In this document: one piece after another, positions 1-11,999 of the stretch
Numbering within the stretch: the stretch's first letter is position 1
Layout of the letters: the number at the start of each line of letters is the position of its first letter
Source of the DNA: the human T2T-CHM13v2.0 reference genome, Homo sapiens
Direction: 5' to 3'
DNA length: 64,000 bases
Assembly (NCBI GenBank): GCA_009914755.4
Contig: CP086569.2
Span: 5,216,001-5,280,000 of the forward strand
Made by a program: the position numbers and the translations under genes
Notes under the pieces: generated by a model
Told to the model about the DNA's origin: nothing
The model's database searches: none
What the model saw: only the letters and a program-made list of their open reading frames with translations

Positions 1-246
<246 letters not shown>

Positions 247-1258
247 TGATTTTTTTATTATGGCAATTCTTGCAGGAGTAAGGTGGTATTGCACTGTAGT
301 TTTGATTTGCATTTCCTTGATAATTAGTGATGTTGAGGCTTTTTTCATGTTTGTTGGCCATTTGTTTATCTTCTTTTGAGAATTGTCCATTCATGTACTT
401 AGCCCACTTTTTGATAGGATTGTTTTTGTTTTGTTTTGTTTTTTCTGTTAATTCCTTTGAGTTCCTTGTAGATTCTGGACATTAGTCCTTTGTCAGGTGT
501 ATAGATTGCAAAGATTTTCTTCCACTCTGAGGGTTGTCTGTTTACTCTGCTGATTGTTTCCTTTGCTGTGCAGAAGCTCTTCAGTTTAATTAAATCTCAC
601 CTATTTATCTTTGTTTTTGTTGCATTTGCTTTTGGGTTCTAGGTCATGAAGTGTTTGCCTAAGCCAATGTCTAGAAGGGTTTTTCCAATGTTATCTTGCA
701 GAATTTTTATAGTTTCAGGTCTTAGATTTAAGTCCTTGTTGCATCTTAAGTTGATTTTTATAAAAAGTGAGAGATGAGGATCCAGTTTCATTCTTCTACA
801 TGTGGCTTGCCAATTATCCCAGTACCATTTGTTGAATAGGGTATAATTTCGCCACTTTATGTTTTTGTTTGCTTTGTCAAAGATCAGTTGGCTGTAAGTA
901 TTTGGGTTTATTTCTGGGTTGTCTATTCTGTTCCATTTGTCTATGTGCCTATTTTTATACCTGTACCATGCTGTTTTGGTGATTATGGCCTTATAGTATA
1001 AAGTCAGGTAATATGATGCCTCCAGATTTGTACTTTTTGCTTAGACTTGCTTTGGCTATGCGGGCTCTTTTTTGTTTTCATGTATGAACTGGGGGATTTT
1101 TTTTTCTAGTTCTGTGAAGAATGAGGGTGGAATCTGATGGGAGTTGTATTGAATTTGTAGATTGCTTTTGGCAGCATGGTACCTTTCACAATATTGATTC
1201 TATCCATTCATAAGTGTAGAATTTGCTTGTGTTGTCTGTGATTTCTCTCAGCAGGAAC
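247..1258 (-). mobile_element. L1 (LINE-1) ORF2 C-terminal portion, antisense. It presumably continues left of the Alu, beyond the window.
   Basis: Minus-strand translation gives the ORF2 motif ...[48 protein letters not shown] (ORF track 127..390 and 197..394). Plus-strand text matches L1 antisense (tgatttgcatttcc...tgatgttgag, ccattcat...). Identity to L1 breaks near 1258. Confidence 0.9.
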
Positions 1259-1280
1259 ACAGAATTTCTATTGGCAAATG

Positions 1281-1297
1281 TTTTTTTTTTTTTTTTT
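1281..1297. repeat. poly(T) run (17 nt), possibly the poly(A) tail of an unclassified minus-strand retroposed fragment lying to its right (about 1298-2200)
   Basis: Uninterrupted T17 directly after the L1 breakpoint. The downstream ~0.9 kb could not be assigned to a family by eye. Confidence 0.4.
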
Positions 1298-4102
1298 CCC
1301 TTGAGAATCTCTCATATTTTCCTGAGTGTTTTTATGTTAAATGTTATATAGTATAGCCTCTGGGTTCTATTTTAATCATCTGGATAATGCTGATTTTTTT
1401 CTTTATTTGTTTAACCAGCAGTTGTTCTAGTATCTGTTAAATTTTTAAAGGCTTTCCTATGATGTCTAGATTAATCCAGTACATGCATGATTCAGGGGAT
1501 AATCTGAAGTTAAGGTTTTAGGTTATATCATAGTTCAGGTTTCAAAACCCCTTACTCTCCTGCTTTGGGTCTCTCTCTGGCTCGTGCAGTTCGTAGGGGA
1601 ACCTGGGATTTGTGTGGGTTCACATAGAATTATGGAGTCCCTTTAGTTAACATTTCTGTTTCTAGGACTGCTGCTACATTCTCTGACTCTTTTCTGGTTC
1701 CTCTATGCATTTTCAACTGAAGTTCTAGCTGTCAGCTCTATACCTCTGTTGAGCTTTGCAAAGGGAGCTTACATTATGGACAAATCTGTGAGACAAAGGG
1801 AAAAATGTATGAGGAAACTCCTCCCTGAATGTGTTGCTTCTCTATGTTTTGACTCTTTTTCTAAACCTGCCTTCCTTTTGTTTACCTTTCAGAGTCCTCG
1901 GGTAGTTGCCTTTTGTATATTTTCCAGAGATTTTAGTTATAACAAGTGGTATATATGGGCTATACTGGGCTTACTACATTTTGGACAGAACTGCAACCCT
2001 CCAAACATGAGGTGCAGCTCAGCTGATGCTTATGTTTATGAGCACAGAGGAGGTTTCTCTGGGCTTGAGACCCAAACCTTTGAGAAGCAGATGCTGGCTA
2101 ACTGGTAGTGGTATCTGTGAGGGAAGTGTAATCTGGCTGGTTCTAGAAGTGTTGGAAAAACTGCAAACTGATTTCAGCAGTGGCTCCTGGGACAAACTGT
2201 CATTATCAGCATAAAAAAAGAGTCTGAGATCACTCTTATAGGAAGATTTTGAGCAAAGAAGTGGCATGATCTAATGTATGTTTTAAGATGGACAACTTGA
2301 TTGCTATTGGGAAAACAATAAATGGGACTGGAGCAAAAAGAAGGAGACTACTTAGAAAGCTTTTGAAATAATGTAGGTGAATTACAGTTTATACAAGGAT
2401 CATAGCAGTAGATGTGGCAGATATTTGTCAGATTATAGATGTGTTTTGAAGATACAGCCAACAAAGTTCCCTAATATATTGTATGTGTGATATGTGTGTA
2501 TCCTTCTTTAATAATAATGAAGGAATCAAAGGTGACTCCATTTTTTTTCACCTAAGAAAATAGAAGTTTGCATTTTTCAAATTAGAGACGGTGAAGACTT
2601 GGGAAGAAGAAAGTTTGGAGTTTAGAAGAAAAGGTTGCAGGGGAAGATTGGGTTTGTTGTGCCTTTTTCTCATGTAAATAGAAGCGTTATGTAGACATTT
2701 AGATATACAGGGCTGTATTTTAGGAGAGATGTGTTGGCTTGGAATAAAGAGTATACAAATGGGGTTTTAAACCATAAGAAGGGATGAGATCACTTAGGGT
2801 ACGAGTATAGATGGAGAAGATGAAAAGTCTGGGTACTGATCCTAAGATATTTCAACTTTTAGAAATAGAGGAGGTAAGAAGAAATCAGCTAAGTAGACTG
2901 AGAAGAGGTTAGTATGATGTAAGTGAAAAACTAAACCAATGGCAGATCAGAAGTCACATGAGAAGCTATTTCAAGAAAGGAGAAGCATGATCAACAATGT
3001 CAAATGTAGAGTCTAGAAAATGAGATCTGTGAAGTAAAATTAGATCTGACAAATAACTATTTGATTTTAGCACCACAGAGGGTTATTTGTGACCTTGATA
3101 AGAGAATTTTCAGTGTAATATTGGAAGTGAAAGTCTGGATCTAGTAGGTTCAAGATGGAAAGGGGAGCAGAGAAATTGTATGAGTTCAAGGAAATATTTT
3201 TCGGCGAACAAACATAGATTTCATTTGGATTAAAAATGTTATTAATATGCTGGTTCTTTCAGCCACTGTATTTTTTTGTTACTATTAAGCTATTAGACAA
3301 TCAATAGATACCTATTAACCTCAAAGTATAATAGAATTGACCAAAATGTTCTGCTCTTAATAAATAGAGCGTAAATAGTATTTATAGAGCTAAGGACATT
3401 TCAGTAGTTCTAGACTTCAGGCATTGCTGCAAGCAATTTGAAACATTACTGTCCTGTCTTTAAAAAACAATGCAAGGTAGAGAAAGAGAGCAACCAGAGT
3501 TGACTAAGAAATGCATTTTCTTCAATGTCATGAATATTGTAATAACAATTTGTCCTGCATTATTTTTGGACTACATTTTTAGGACTGATATGTGTGTTTC
3601 AAATTAAGGAAAAATTTGCATCAAACTATGTTTTCATTTAGATGACAAAAACAAAGATAATGAATAATATAAAGGCACAATTTTAACAATATAATAACTA
3701 ATATCAATGCTTATTGTTGCATAAAATAATACTATTTTAGGAAATTATTAAAATAAAACATTTATATTCATGAATTTGAAAATATGATGAAATGGCAAAA
3801 ACAGGGTATTGCATATTTTTAACAAGCCCTTTAAAAATAATATGGTATCTCATAATCTAAGCTGAAAATACTAGAGGAAATAGTATAATTTTATTCAAAA
3901 GCGACCTTGGAGTTGATTTTATCCAATGTTCTTCCTTTATAAACATAGCAATTTAGATGCAAAGTATATAATGACCTGCCCAAGGTAGCCTAACTAATTT
4001 GGACAATGTTTGGTATTCTGTGGTGTTCAGTACTATTGCCACTTTACTATTGAGAATTATGTTAGAGAAGCAATTGAAACATATGCAGAAAACGTTGCAT
4101 TA

Positions 4103-4188
4103 TCTTCTTTCCTCTATCCTCCCCTTCACTCCCTGCCTTTCTCCTTTCCTTCTTTCCCTTCTTTTCTCCTTCCTCCAGTTTCAGCTTT
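4103..4188. repeat. CT-rich low-complexity tract
   Basis: cttcactccctgcctttctcctttccttctttcccttcttttctccttcctcc; it produces the artefactual ORFs at 3999..4235. Confidence 0.8.
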
Positions 4189-5703
4189 ATAAAAAAATTT
4201 TCCTCTTCTTAAAGAAAGGAAAACTTAAGTGTTAGTGAAGTGGGAGAAAGTTGAAAAAGGAGAATTATTTTAGTAGCTTCCCCTATAATTATTTACCTTC
4301 ATGCCTATGCACATGCACACACATACCTAAAACCATTTGGAAGACATAATCCTAAAAGCATTAAGTTTCCAAATTTTTTCTAGTTTAAAAAATAACCTCT
4401 AATATTGTATCCTGGGACAGAAAGCAATAACAGTAACCATGCTTTACTAAATAAATCAAGATTTATTTAATGAACTTCAGATTAATCATGTTCCGAGGTT
4501 TCACTTTTCTGTGGGCTATTGACCAATATAGCAAAAATTTAGTGTCATATGAGTGCAGACAGGCACAGTTTTAAATTCTATTTTTCATAGTTACTAGTTT
4601 TTTAAAGTTTGCAAATGATTTAACACCTCTGATCCTTAGTTTGCTAATCTAAAATATAAGGGTGATAATAATGCTTATTTTGTAAAGTAATTGATAGCTG
4701 TACATGGTACACCTGGTATAGTATAACTTCTCATAACCGTTAATTATTTTATTGCCATTATTGCTATTAGTACCAGTAATAACACTCTTCCAATGGAAAA
4801 TATTTTTCTGAAAACTCATAAATATAATAATATTCATTGTTTCAGAAATTAGCTAAAAGTAGGACCTATGAAGTATTATGGTGCTTGTTAACATAACATG
4901 TAGTTAGTGAAATCACCAATAAATGAAGACATGACATATAATCTAAATTATATTATATTTGCATAGTCTAAATTATATTATATTATGTATGGCATATGTC
5001 CATACTCCATCCTAAGAAATCCAATTCTTTTAATAATTGTAATAGAATTGATTGAGCTTGCTATTAGAGTGTTTAACTGTACTCTTGAAATGGGTTTTAC
5101 TAAAAGAGATATGGAAAAATTTATTTATGAGCTTCAAATGAGCATCTAATCTACTAATGTCATTGTAATTTCTCATACAAGTGTACAAATGATAGCGCAG
5201 CATCTCTTTCAGGTGTTATATTCAGAATCATAATAAAACTCTTGCAGAATATATGTGTGCATCAAAATGAAATGACAATGAATTTTCTTTTGAAATTGAT
5301 AGCACGTATTAGCATAAATTGAACTGTGCAACTGTGTCCATAACAGGCTGAGTGATGTAGCAGTTGATTGCTTTGTACACATTCTTGTGTTTTGCCTTCC
5401 GTTTTCCTTGCTGTGTGTTATTCTCTCTTCCGTCCCACCAAGGTAAGAGTAAATTTTTCCCTTCCTGGCTTTATTGCTTGAAGATAATAGAGTAAGGCAG
5501 GAGCATGTGCAAGGCAAAAGTACCTCTTGTCATCATTGCCCTTTTCCGGTGTCCCTCTTTATTTCCTTCTGTGTCTTTGATATTCCAGGCAAAACTCTTT
5601 TATAACACTTCATGCCATGGCCCCTTCCAGCTACAGATAGGACAGGTGGTTGAATGGCTAGCACTCCATGAGCTTTATTCATGTATATTTATAAAAGTGC
5701 AAT

Positions 5704-5710
5704 TTCTTTT

Positions 5711-5773
<63 letters not shown>
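5704..5773. repeat. (TTTC)n tetranucleotide microsatellite, about 17 units
   Basis: Perfect tttc repeats are visible. They are translated as FLSFFLS... in ORF 5505..5822. Confidence 0.95.
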
Positions 5774-8700
5774 ATATTATAGCAAACTCTTGTACATTTA
5801 CTTACTTATTTTCTTTCAGTGATCATGCTAGTATGGTTGTACTATCTGAAAATCTAGCCTTTTAGCTTCCTAGATGATATACTTAATATGACTAAATAAA
5901 TCCAGCCTGTACCACAACTGTCAAAACACCTGGAAATTTATAATTTCACCATCTCTTCAGAGGAAGAGAGCTTTTGTGACAAATATGGTAGGGTGAATAC
6001 GGAGCAGATAAACCCACATACTCTGACTTTCAATAAAGCAAGAGGGGGTAACACTTCATAGAGACCAGATACCACTCTATCAAGGTTACTGAATGGACTA
6101 TGTCCTGTACCAGATGTGATGCCTTAATGTGACCAAATCCATTCTAGATGCCTCAAAGCTGGTTTTTTTGGACCTGCATTTTTTTGTGAAAAATAAAATG
6201 CTAACTTATAGGGAAAATGATAACTAATTTTCTTGGCAGTGGTCAATAACTGGAGCTAGCATAAATAGCCATTGGATTTATTTAGGAGAAGTTAACTCAG
6301 AATATAAGTGGCTTTCCCCTTCTACCTGTATCATAAAGCCTACCTTGACCAATGAGAAATCCAACAGTATTTGAAAATAAACTCCTGAGAACATAGAACG
6401 CAAACTAAGATAAGCAAATTACAGTTGTTATGCTCTCAATTGGCCTATAAAAATAAACAGTTTGAGAAATCTGTGTCTCCTACAGAACCACACTGACCAG
6501 ATAGCACAGATGAGACAGCTAGCACCCTGATCATTAATGTCACAGGTAATTTTGTTGTTGGTTACTAGTATCTGCCATACATACCCTTCAGGAATTAAAT
6601 GGGCCATATTTGAAAGCCAAGGTCAAGGAGTGAAATTTTAAAATAATAATCCACCCCCAGCTAACGAAAAGCTAGGACAGGTAGTGTTTTCATTGCTTTT
6701 GTATTCAGGCCCTTCTCGTAGTATGCTGTGCCTTATGAGGGGAAGAGAGACCCTTGATTTTCAAGGAGGGTGAGTGGGTGGGAGTGCTCCTATGAGGGAT
6801 GTATATCATGACAAATAATGGGCTCTTAAAAATTACACCTCCTTACTACCCTGATTCTCTGAAGCCCATAGCGGTGCCATGCATAACCTTGTTGAGAATT
6901 GCTGCCTAGTGAGCCTCACTGACAGGTAATAGTAACGCATTCAGGTTTGTTGATAAGGAGAAAAGGTTTAGAAGTAATTGATAACTTTTCTTCCAATACA
7001 AGTTTTCTTAAAACTTCTAGTATGTTGTTAAACAACAGAAAAATAAGCGCTCTGAGTCTTGGGAGATTCTGTCTGTGTACAAGCATGAACTATGCTCCAT
7101 ATGAGAACATGAGCCTTGTCATCTGCTTTAAATGTCACTTGAGAACAGTTATCAATGACTACTTTCCCAGAGTTAAAATTAATAAACTTGAGCTTATTGT
7201 ATTGCAAGCTTCTTTAGGATTTCACCCACTGTGAAAATATCCTTTAAATAACATTTTACCAAACTTCAGGCCTTCTTGTAAAATTTTGTGACAGTTCATC
7301 TTAATATGCATAATATTTCTGTTCTGATTCCATTTTTGAACTTTTGTACTCTATTTTTATCTGTAGGATGGAGATAATGCTAGATAAAATTCAGAACAAA
7401 AGTATTTAATTTGAAAAATAACTGTTAAGAATTAATACTATGCAATTTCCCATGGCAATTGATTACGTGTTTGTTCAGAAGTTTGGCACAGTTGCTTGAT
7501 TAAAATATTAATTTTCCAATTTCAATTGAGCAGTTTATGAATTTTACTTTATAGTGTTTACTTTCTCTGATAATGTCAATGTTTTTCACTAATTATGTCC
7601 AAGGGTGAGCTACCTTGGCCAATAGAACAACTTGGTTTCAGGTAATTTGTTCTTTTCAGTGGTTGTAAATGTATTGGCTATGTGGTTGAACTTTGACCAT
7701 TTCTCTGACAATAATTTGCAACCTCCATGAGATCAGTCATAAATCCATAGTCAATTATGTGTTAGAAAATATATTAAAAAGCCTCAGAGGAACAAAATTA
7801 TGTCATTTCTGTTGTGGAAGATTGGTTTAAAATAGGTCTTACAAATATTATGAAAATACAACTTACTGTAATCATACTGCAGTTTGTCATATGTGGTTCA
7901 TTGTTATGAGGCAGTAAGGTGATGGCAGAGGGAGCACTATATATAGCAAATAAATAAAAATAAATCAGGTTTACAACCCTGTTTGCAACCATCTGTAATG
8001 CATGGTAGCATATGTTTTATAGTTTTATTGAGAGAATACATCTTTTAATTCTCAAAACTTTGAGTTTGAAAGCTCATCTCTGATAGAAACTAATGGTTGA
8101 ATTACAAGCTAAAGTGAATTTCATTTTACTTATTCTTCTAATCAGTTTACAAAGTGCAGCTTTACATGCAGGAGGCATTCTTCCTTTTCTTTTTTTAAAA
8201 GATGAAATGTAAAAGAAAGCTTACCTCAACTTTACTATACAATATTGTCTCTTGGAAATGAAAAGTGCAGGATTTCTAACAGTTTCCTTCAAGTTGTAAT
8301 TGAAAACAGTAAATTGTCTCCATATTTTCTTTAATACCTGTAAGTCTCCATACGTGTGAAGAAAATGAATTGATATTTTGTGTGGTAGTAGTAATACATT
8401 TATGAAATTTATTTGTAGACAGGAACTTTCCATTGAAGATATCTGACTCTTTTCATAGTTGTATTTTGAAAAGGGGTATTTTTTTCCCTAGATGATAATG
8501 CTGTGTTTGAATTAACACTATTATACAAAGGAAGTGTGAAGGACTTACAAAATTGCACTGGAGTTTAAGACTTAAAATAGAACTCAATTTTTGTTTTTGA
8601 CAAGTTTACTCACACGTATAAGGAGGTAAGGGGAAAAATGTAGTTACAAGTAATCAAAGCATTTGAAAATGTGCAGAAACTAAAGCTATTATTTTGGAGT

Positions 8701-11257
8701 GGGTGGGGAGGGAGAAATGGGAGTATTTCTATTATTCTATATCATGTCTAAGATACCTATTAATTTAAACCTCAGTAATCTTAATCAGATTATCTTCACA
8801 TGAGATGAGAATAAATTCTCTACCTGAAATTCTCCACCTTACAATATAGGATCAAGGCAAGAATTTCGGAAGCTACATATTGCTAAAAAACTGAATTATC
8901 TCTCTGTGTATCATCCATATAGAAATTAATGAGCTTATATCTAGAAGCTCATCTTTTTTTTACTCCTCTGACAACTTAGACAAGGTTAAAATCTTAAACA
9001 AATTTTAAATTCCCTTTAAAGAAACACTATAAAGGAAATACTACTTCTAACTTGGCAATTAAATTTTCATTAACCTAGTAATTTTTACATATTTTAGTAT
9101 AAAGGACAAAATGATCTGACAATACATTTACTTAACATTTGATTGCCTCAGAAACGCACCACCCAAGAAATATGAATAAAAGGATTCCTCAAACAGTAAT
9201 AATGAATTGACCATTTTATCGTAGTTAATGATCCTTTTGCATTTTTATTACCAGTATTGTCCTTGTTATTTTCTTTTTTCTTCCTTTGTAGCCTTCATTT
9301 CATGGTCTTTTAAAATTGCATTGTCATTTAAAACTTTTTAAATGATTCCAAATAATATGGCACCATTCTCTTAAAGTTTCTAATGATTAGTAATTTCTAC
9401 AACCATCTGTATATTTATACTGGTAGCTTTCAACAGAAATACCATTTAGATTAGATTAAAAGATTTCATAAATTAGGTTATGCACATCTAATTTTACTTT
9501 ATAAAATATATTTAAAGATAGCTTTGCATTTTAAAGTTTTATTCTCCAGCGTATGATATTACAAGATATGAGTGACATCAAAACCACCTCTTCAAAATTG
9601 AAAAATTTCATCCTGTGGATTAATAAATGTTATGTGGCTCAAAATGCCTTCTTTATTTGGCTGCATTTCCCATGGTAGGTAGTTCAGAGTTTCATATCAA
9701 GTAGGAGTTGAGTAAATACTTGTAGTGTATGTATGGAAAATAGTTGCTAAATAAATTCTACCAGAAAATAACTGTGATTTCCATGGGCACTCTGTTAAAA
9801 AGGGGGAGGGAGGGTAGATATTTATTTGTTCATATATATGATAGCTAAATAAAGTTAAAATATATTTTTGACAAAAATAACCACTCAGTATATTGATAGC
9901 ATCATTACAATTGTTTTTTTACTACTGGCTATGAAGTTTTATAATTAGAGCTCTGAATCATTAACAAAATCCACAGGAAAACCTAGTGAACAAACTTTCA
10001 TAGGTTTTCAAAATTTATATTTTTTATTTTTATGTTTTAAATCAATTAAAACTTATTTGTGAGCTCAATCATCTTCAATACAATTTTAGTTGAGATATAG
10101 AAAGTCATGTTGTATTACTCCAAAGCATACTGTAAATCCATTAATATAAATCTGGACTTGGCTAATGTAGTTTAGTTTAACAAGGAATAGACAATAAATG
10201 AACTACCTTAGTTTCTGCAATAGAAAGTGGTGGAGGGGGGATTCATAGTGGTGTTTTTTGTTGTTTGTTTTGCTTTTTGTGTCTTTGTTTTTAAAGAGCT
10301 ATTATTGTAATTGCTACTAGGGACTATAAGTCAACAATAAACTTATTCAAAAAAAGTTTTATAAATAATTTGCTGTTTTAAAGCTTCAGTATCTTGTTCC
10401 TGCATCGAGCCTGACCCAGCAAATAAATATAGTGAGGAAATGAATAGTTAGCATATAAATAATTCCTATTATTTGCAGTGATAGTAATATTAAACAGTGT
10501 TCAACCTTCTTTCCTGGTTGCTCCAACATTTTGGAAACATATTCTTGTGGCCTACACTCACAGTGTGGATCACTCACCCTTTAGGATTATTAACAGAAAG
10601 TCTTATGAACATATGAAGGAGATGAAAGGCAGCTGGAAGAGGTCCCATATGCTCTATTCCTTTCTCTTAGATTTTATGCTCTGAGAACATCTGTGTGAAG
10701 AGTAAAGTTGACATGGTGTTGCCAAAATGTCAGTGTTATGGGACTTGTAATTGATTACAAAAATGACCCTTAGTGTAGAATAGTGTAAAAAACATGAGGT
10801 TGGAATCAGTCCTGAAAGTGAATCCTGATTTTCTTATAAAACGGATATAACAGAGGGTAGATGTGCAGGACAAATGATATAATGTATGTAAAGCTCCTTG
10901 AATAGTGCTTGAAGTCTTTTACTTGAACAGTAATGATAACTATTGTTCTTGTCTTCATTTTTGTTGATATATCAAGACTTACAGTATGGAAGCAAATTGA
11001 CACGTGCCTGTCCTTTCATAATCAAAAAGCATTAGTGATGTGACTTGTGAAGCAGTGTGAAAAGGTTCTGAACACACAGTAGCCTTCCTATAAGCAGAAT
11101 ACCAAAAGCAAACTCACTTTGCCTAGAGTAAGCTACTTACTTGGGATCCAAGGGGGATTATTACAATTCAAGGTCAGGTCCATTATATTATTTTTTCATC
11201 TTCTAAGATCAAAAAGCATAAGCACAAGATCCTTATAGATGTATTTTAACCTAAATT

Positions 11258-11300
<43 letters not shown>
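11258..11300. repeat. (TCTA)n / (TATC)n tetranucleotide microsatellite, about 10 units
   Basis: Perfect tatctatctatc... run. Confidence 0.95.
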
Positions 11301-11701
11301 CCTATTTAACAGATTTTCTATTTGTACATTCATGCCATAGTGTGCAAAGACTTTTGCCATTTACCCATATGCTGTTTAACACTTGGTTTAACAAAAAGAA
11401 GCTTAATGAAAAGAACACAAATGAACTATCTTTCATAACTATCAAACATATTTTTCACTAATCTTAGTAAGATTCTATAATTACATGATACTACTTTTTT
11501 CATTGACATAGCTTAAGAGAAGAAAAGACAAAATGTAAGTATCAGTCTCTGGCAGACTATGTTAAATATGTTTACTCATAATGAATTAAATTTATAGGGT
11601 AAAGAAGAAGAGTGAATTTTTAAAAACGTATATTCACTTAATGAATACCTGAAGTAATGATGTACAGCCACACTCAAAATTTAAATTTTCTTTTCTTTTT
11701 A

Positions 11702-11858
11702 AGAGACAAGGACTTGACTGGTCACCTAGGTCGGAGTGCAGTAACATGATCATAGCTCACAGTACCCTCCAACTCCTGGGCTTAAGAGGTCCTTCTGCCA
11801 CAGCCTCTCAAGTAGCTAATTTTTTTTTATCATTATTATTCTTTGTAGAGACAGATGT
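11702..11858 (-). mobile_element. Partial old Alu (right arm, AluJ-like), antisense
   Basis: gagacaag...gtcggagtgcagtaacatgatcatagctcacagtaccctccaactcctgggcttaagag...cagcctctcaagtagctaatttttt matches the reverse complement of the Alu right arm with high divergence. Confidence 0.75.
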
Positions 11859-11990
11859 ATTAGTCCGTTTTCATGCCCCTGAAAAAGACATACCTGAGAC
11901 TGGGGAATTTATAAAGAAAGAGAAGTTTAATGGACTCACAGTTCCACATGGCTGGGGAGACCTCACAATCATGGCAGAAAACATCCAGAA
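11857..11990 (-). mobile_element. MaLR (THE1/MST-type) LTR fragment, 3' portion, antisense
   Basis: gtattagtccgttttcatgcccctgaaaaagacatacctgagactggggaatttataaagaaagagaagtttaatggactcacagttccacatggctggggagacctcacaatcatggc is the reverse complement of the LTR 3' end (...gccatgattgtgaggcctccccagccatgtggaactgtgag...cagtctcaggtatgtctttatcagca...ggactaatacag). Confidence 0.8.
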
Positions 11991-11999
11991 AAGAAGTCT

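Noticed and set aside
1298-3200. Roughly 2 kb following the poly(T) at 1281-1297 that looks like ancient repeat-derived DNA (MER/L2/MLT-like motifs such as tttgattttagcaccacagagggttatttgtgaccttgataagag)
   Set aside because: It could not be assigned to a family with confidence by eye, so it is reported only as unclassified. RepeatMasker would settle it.
6290-6950. Possible unannotated LTR-like unit (TATA-like ctataaaaataaacag at about 6444-6459, ending ...tgcctagtgagcctcactgacag)
   Set aside because: There is no recognisable match to an LTR family from memory, no paired copy or TSD, and the signals are individually common in AT-rich DNA. It is left unclassified.
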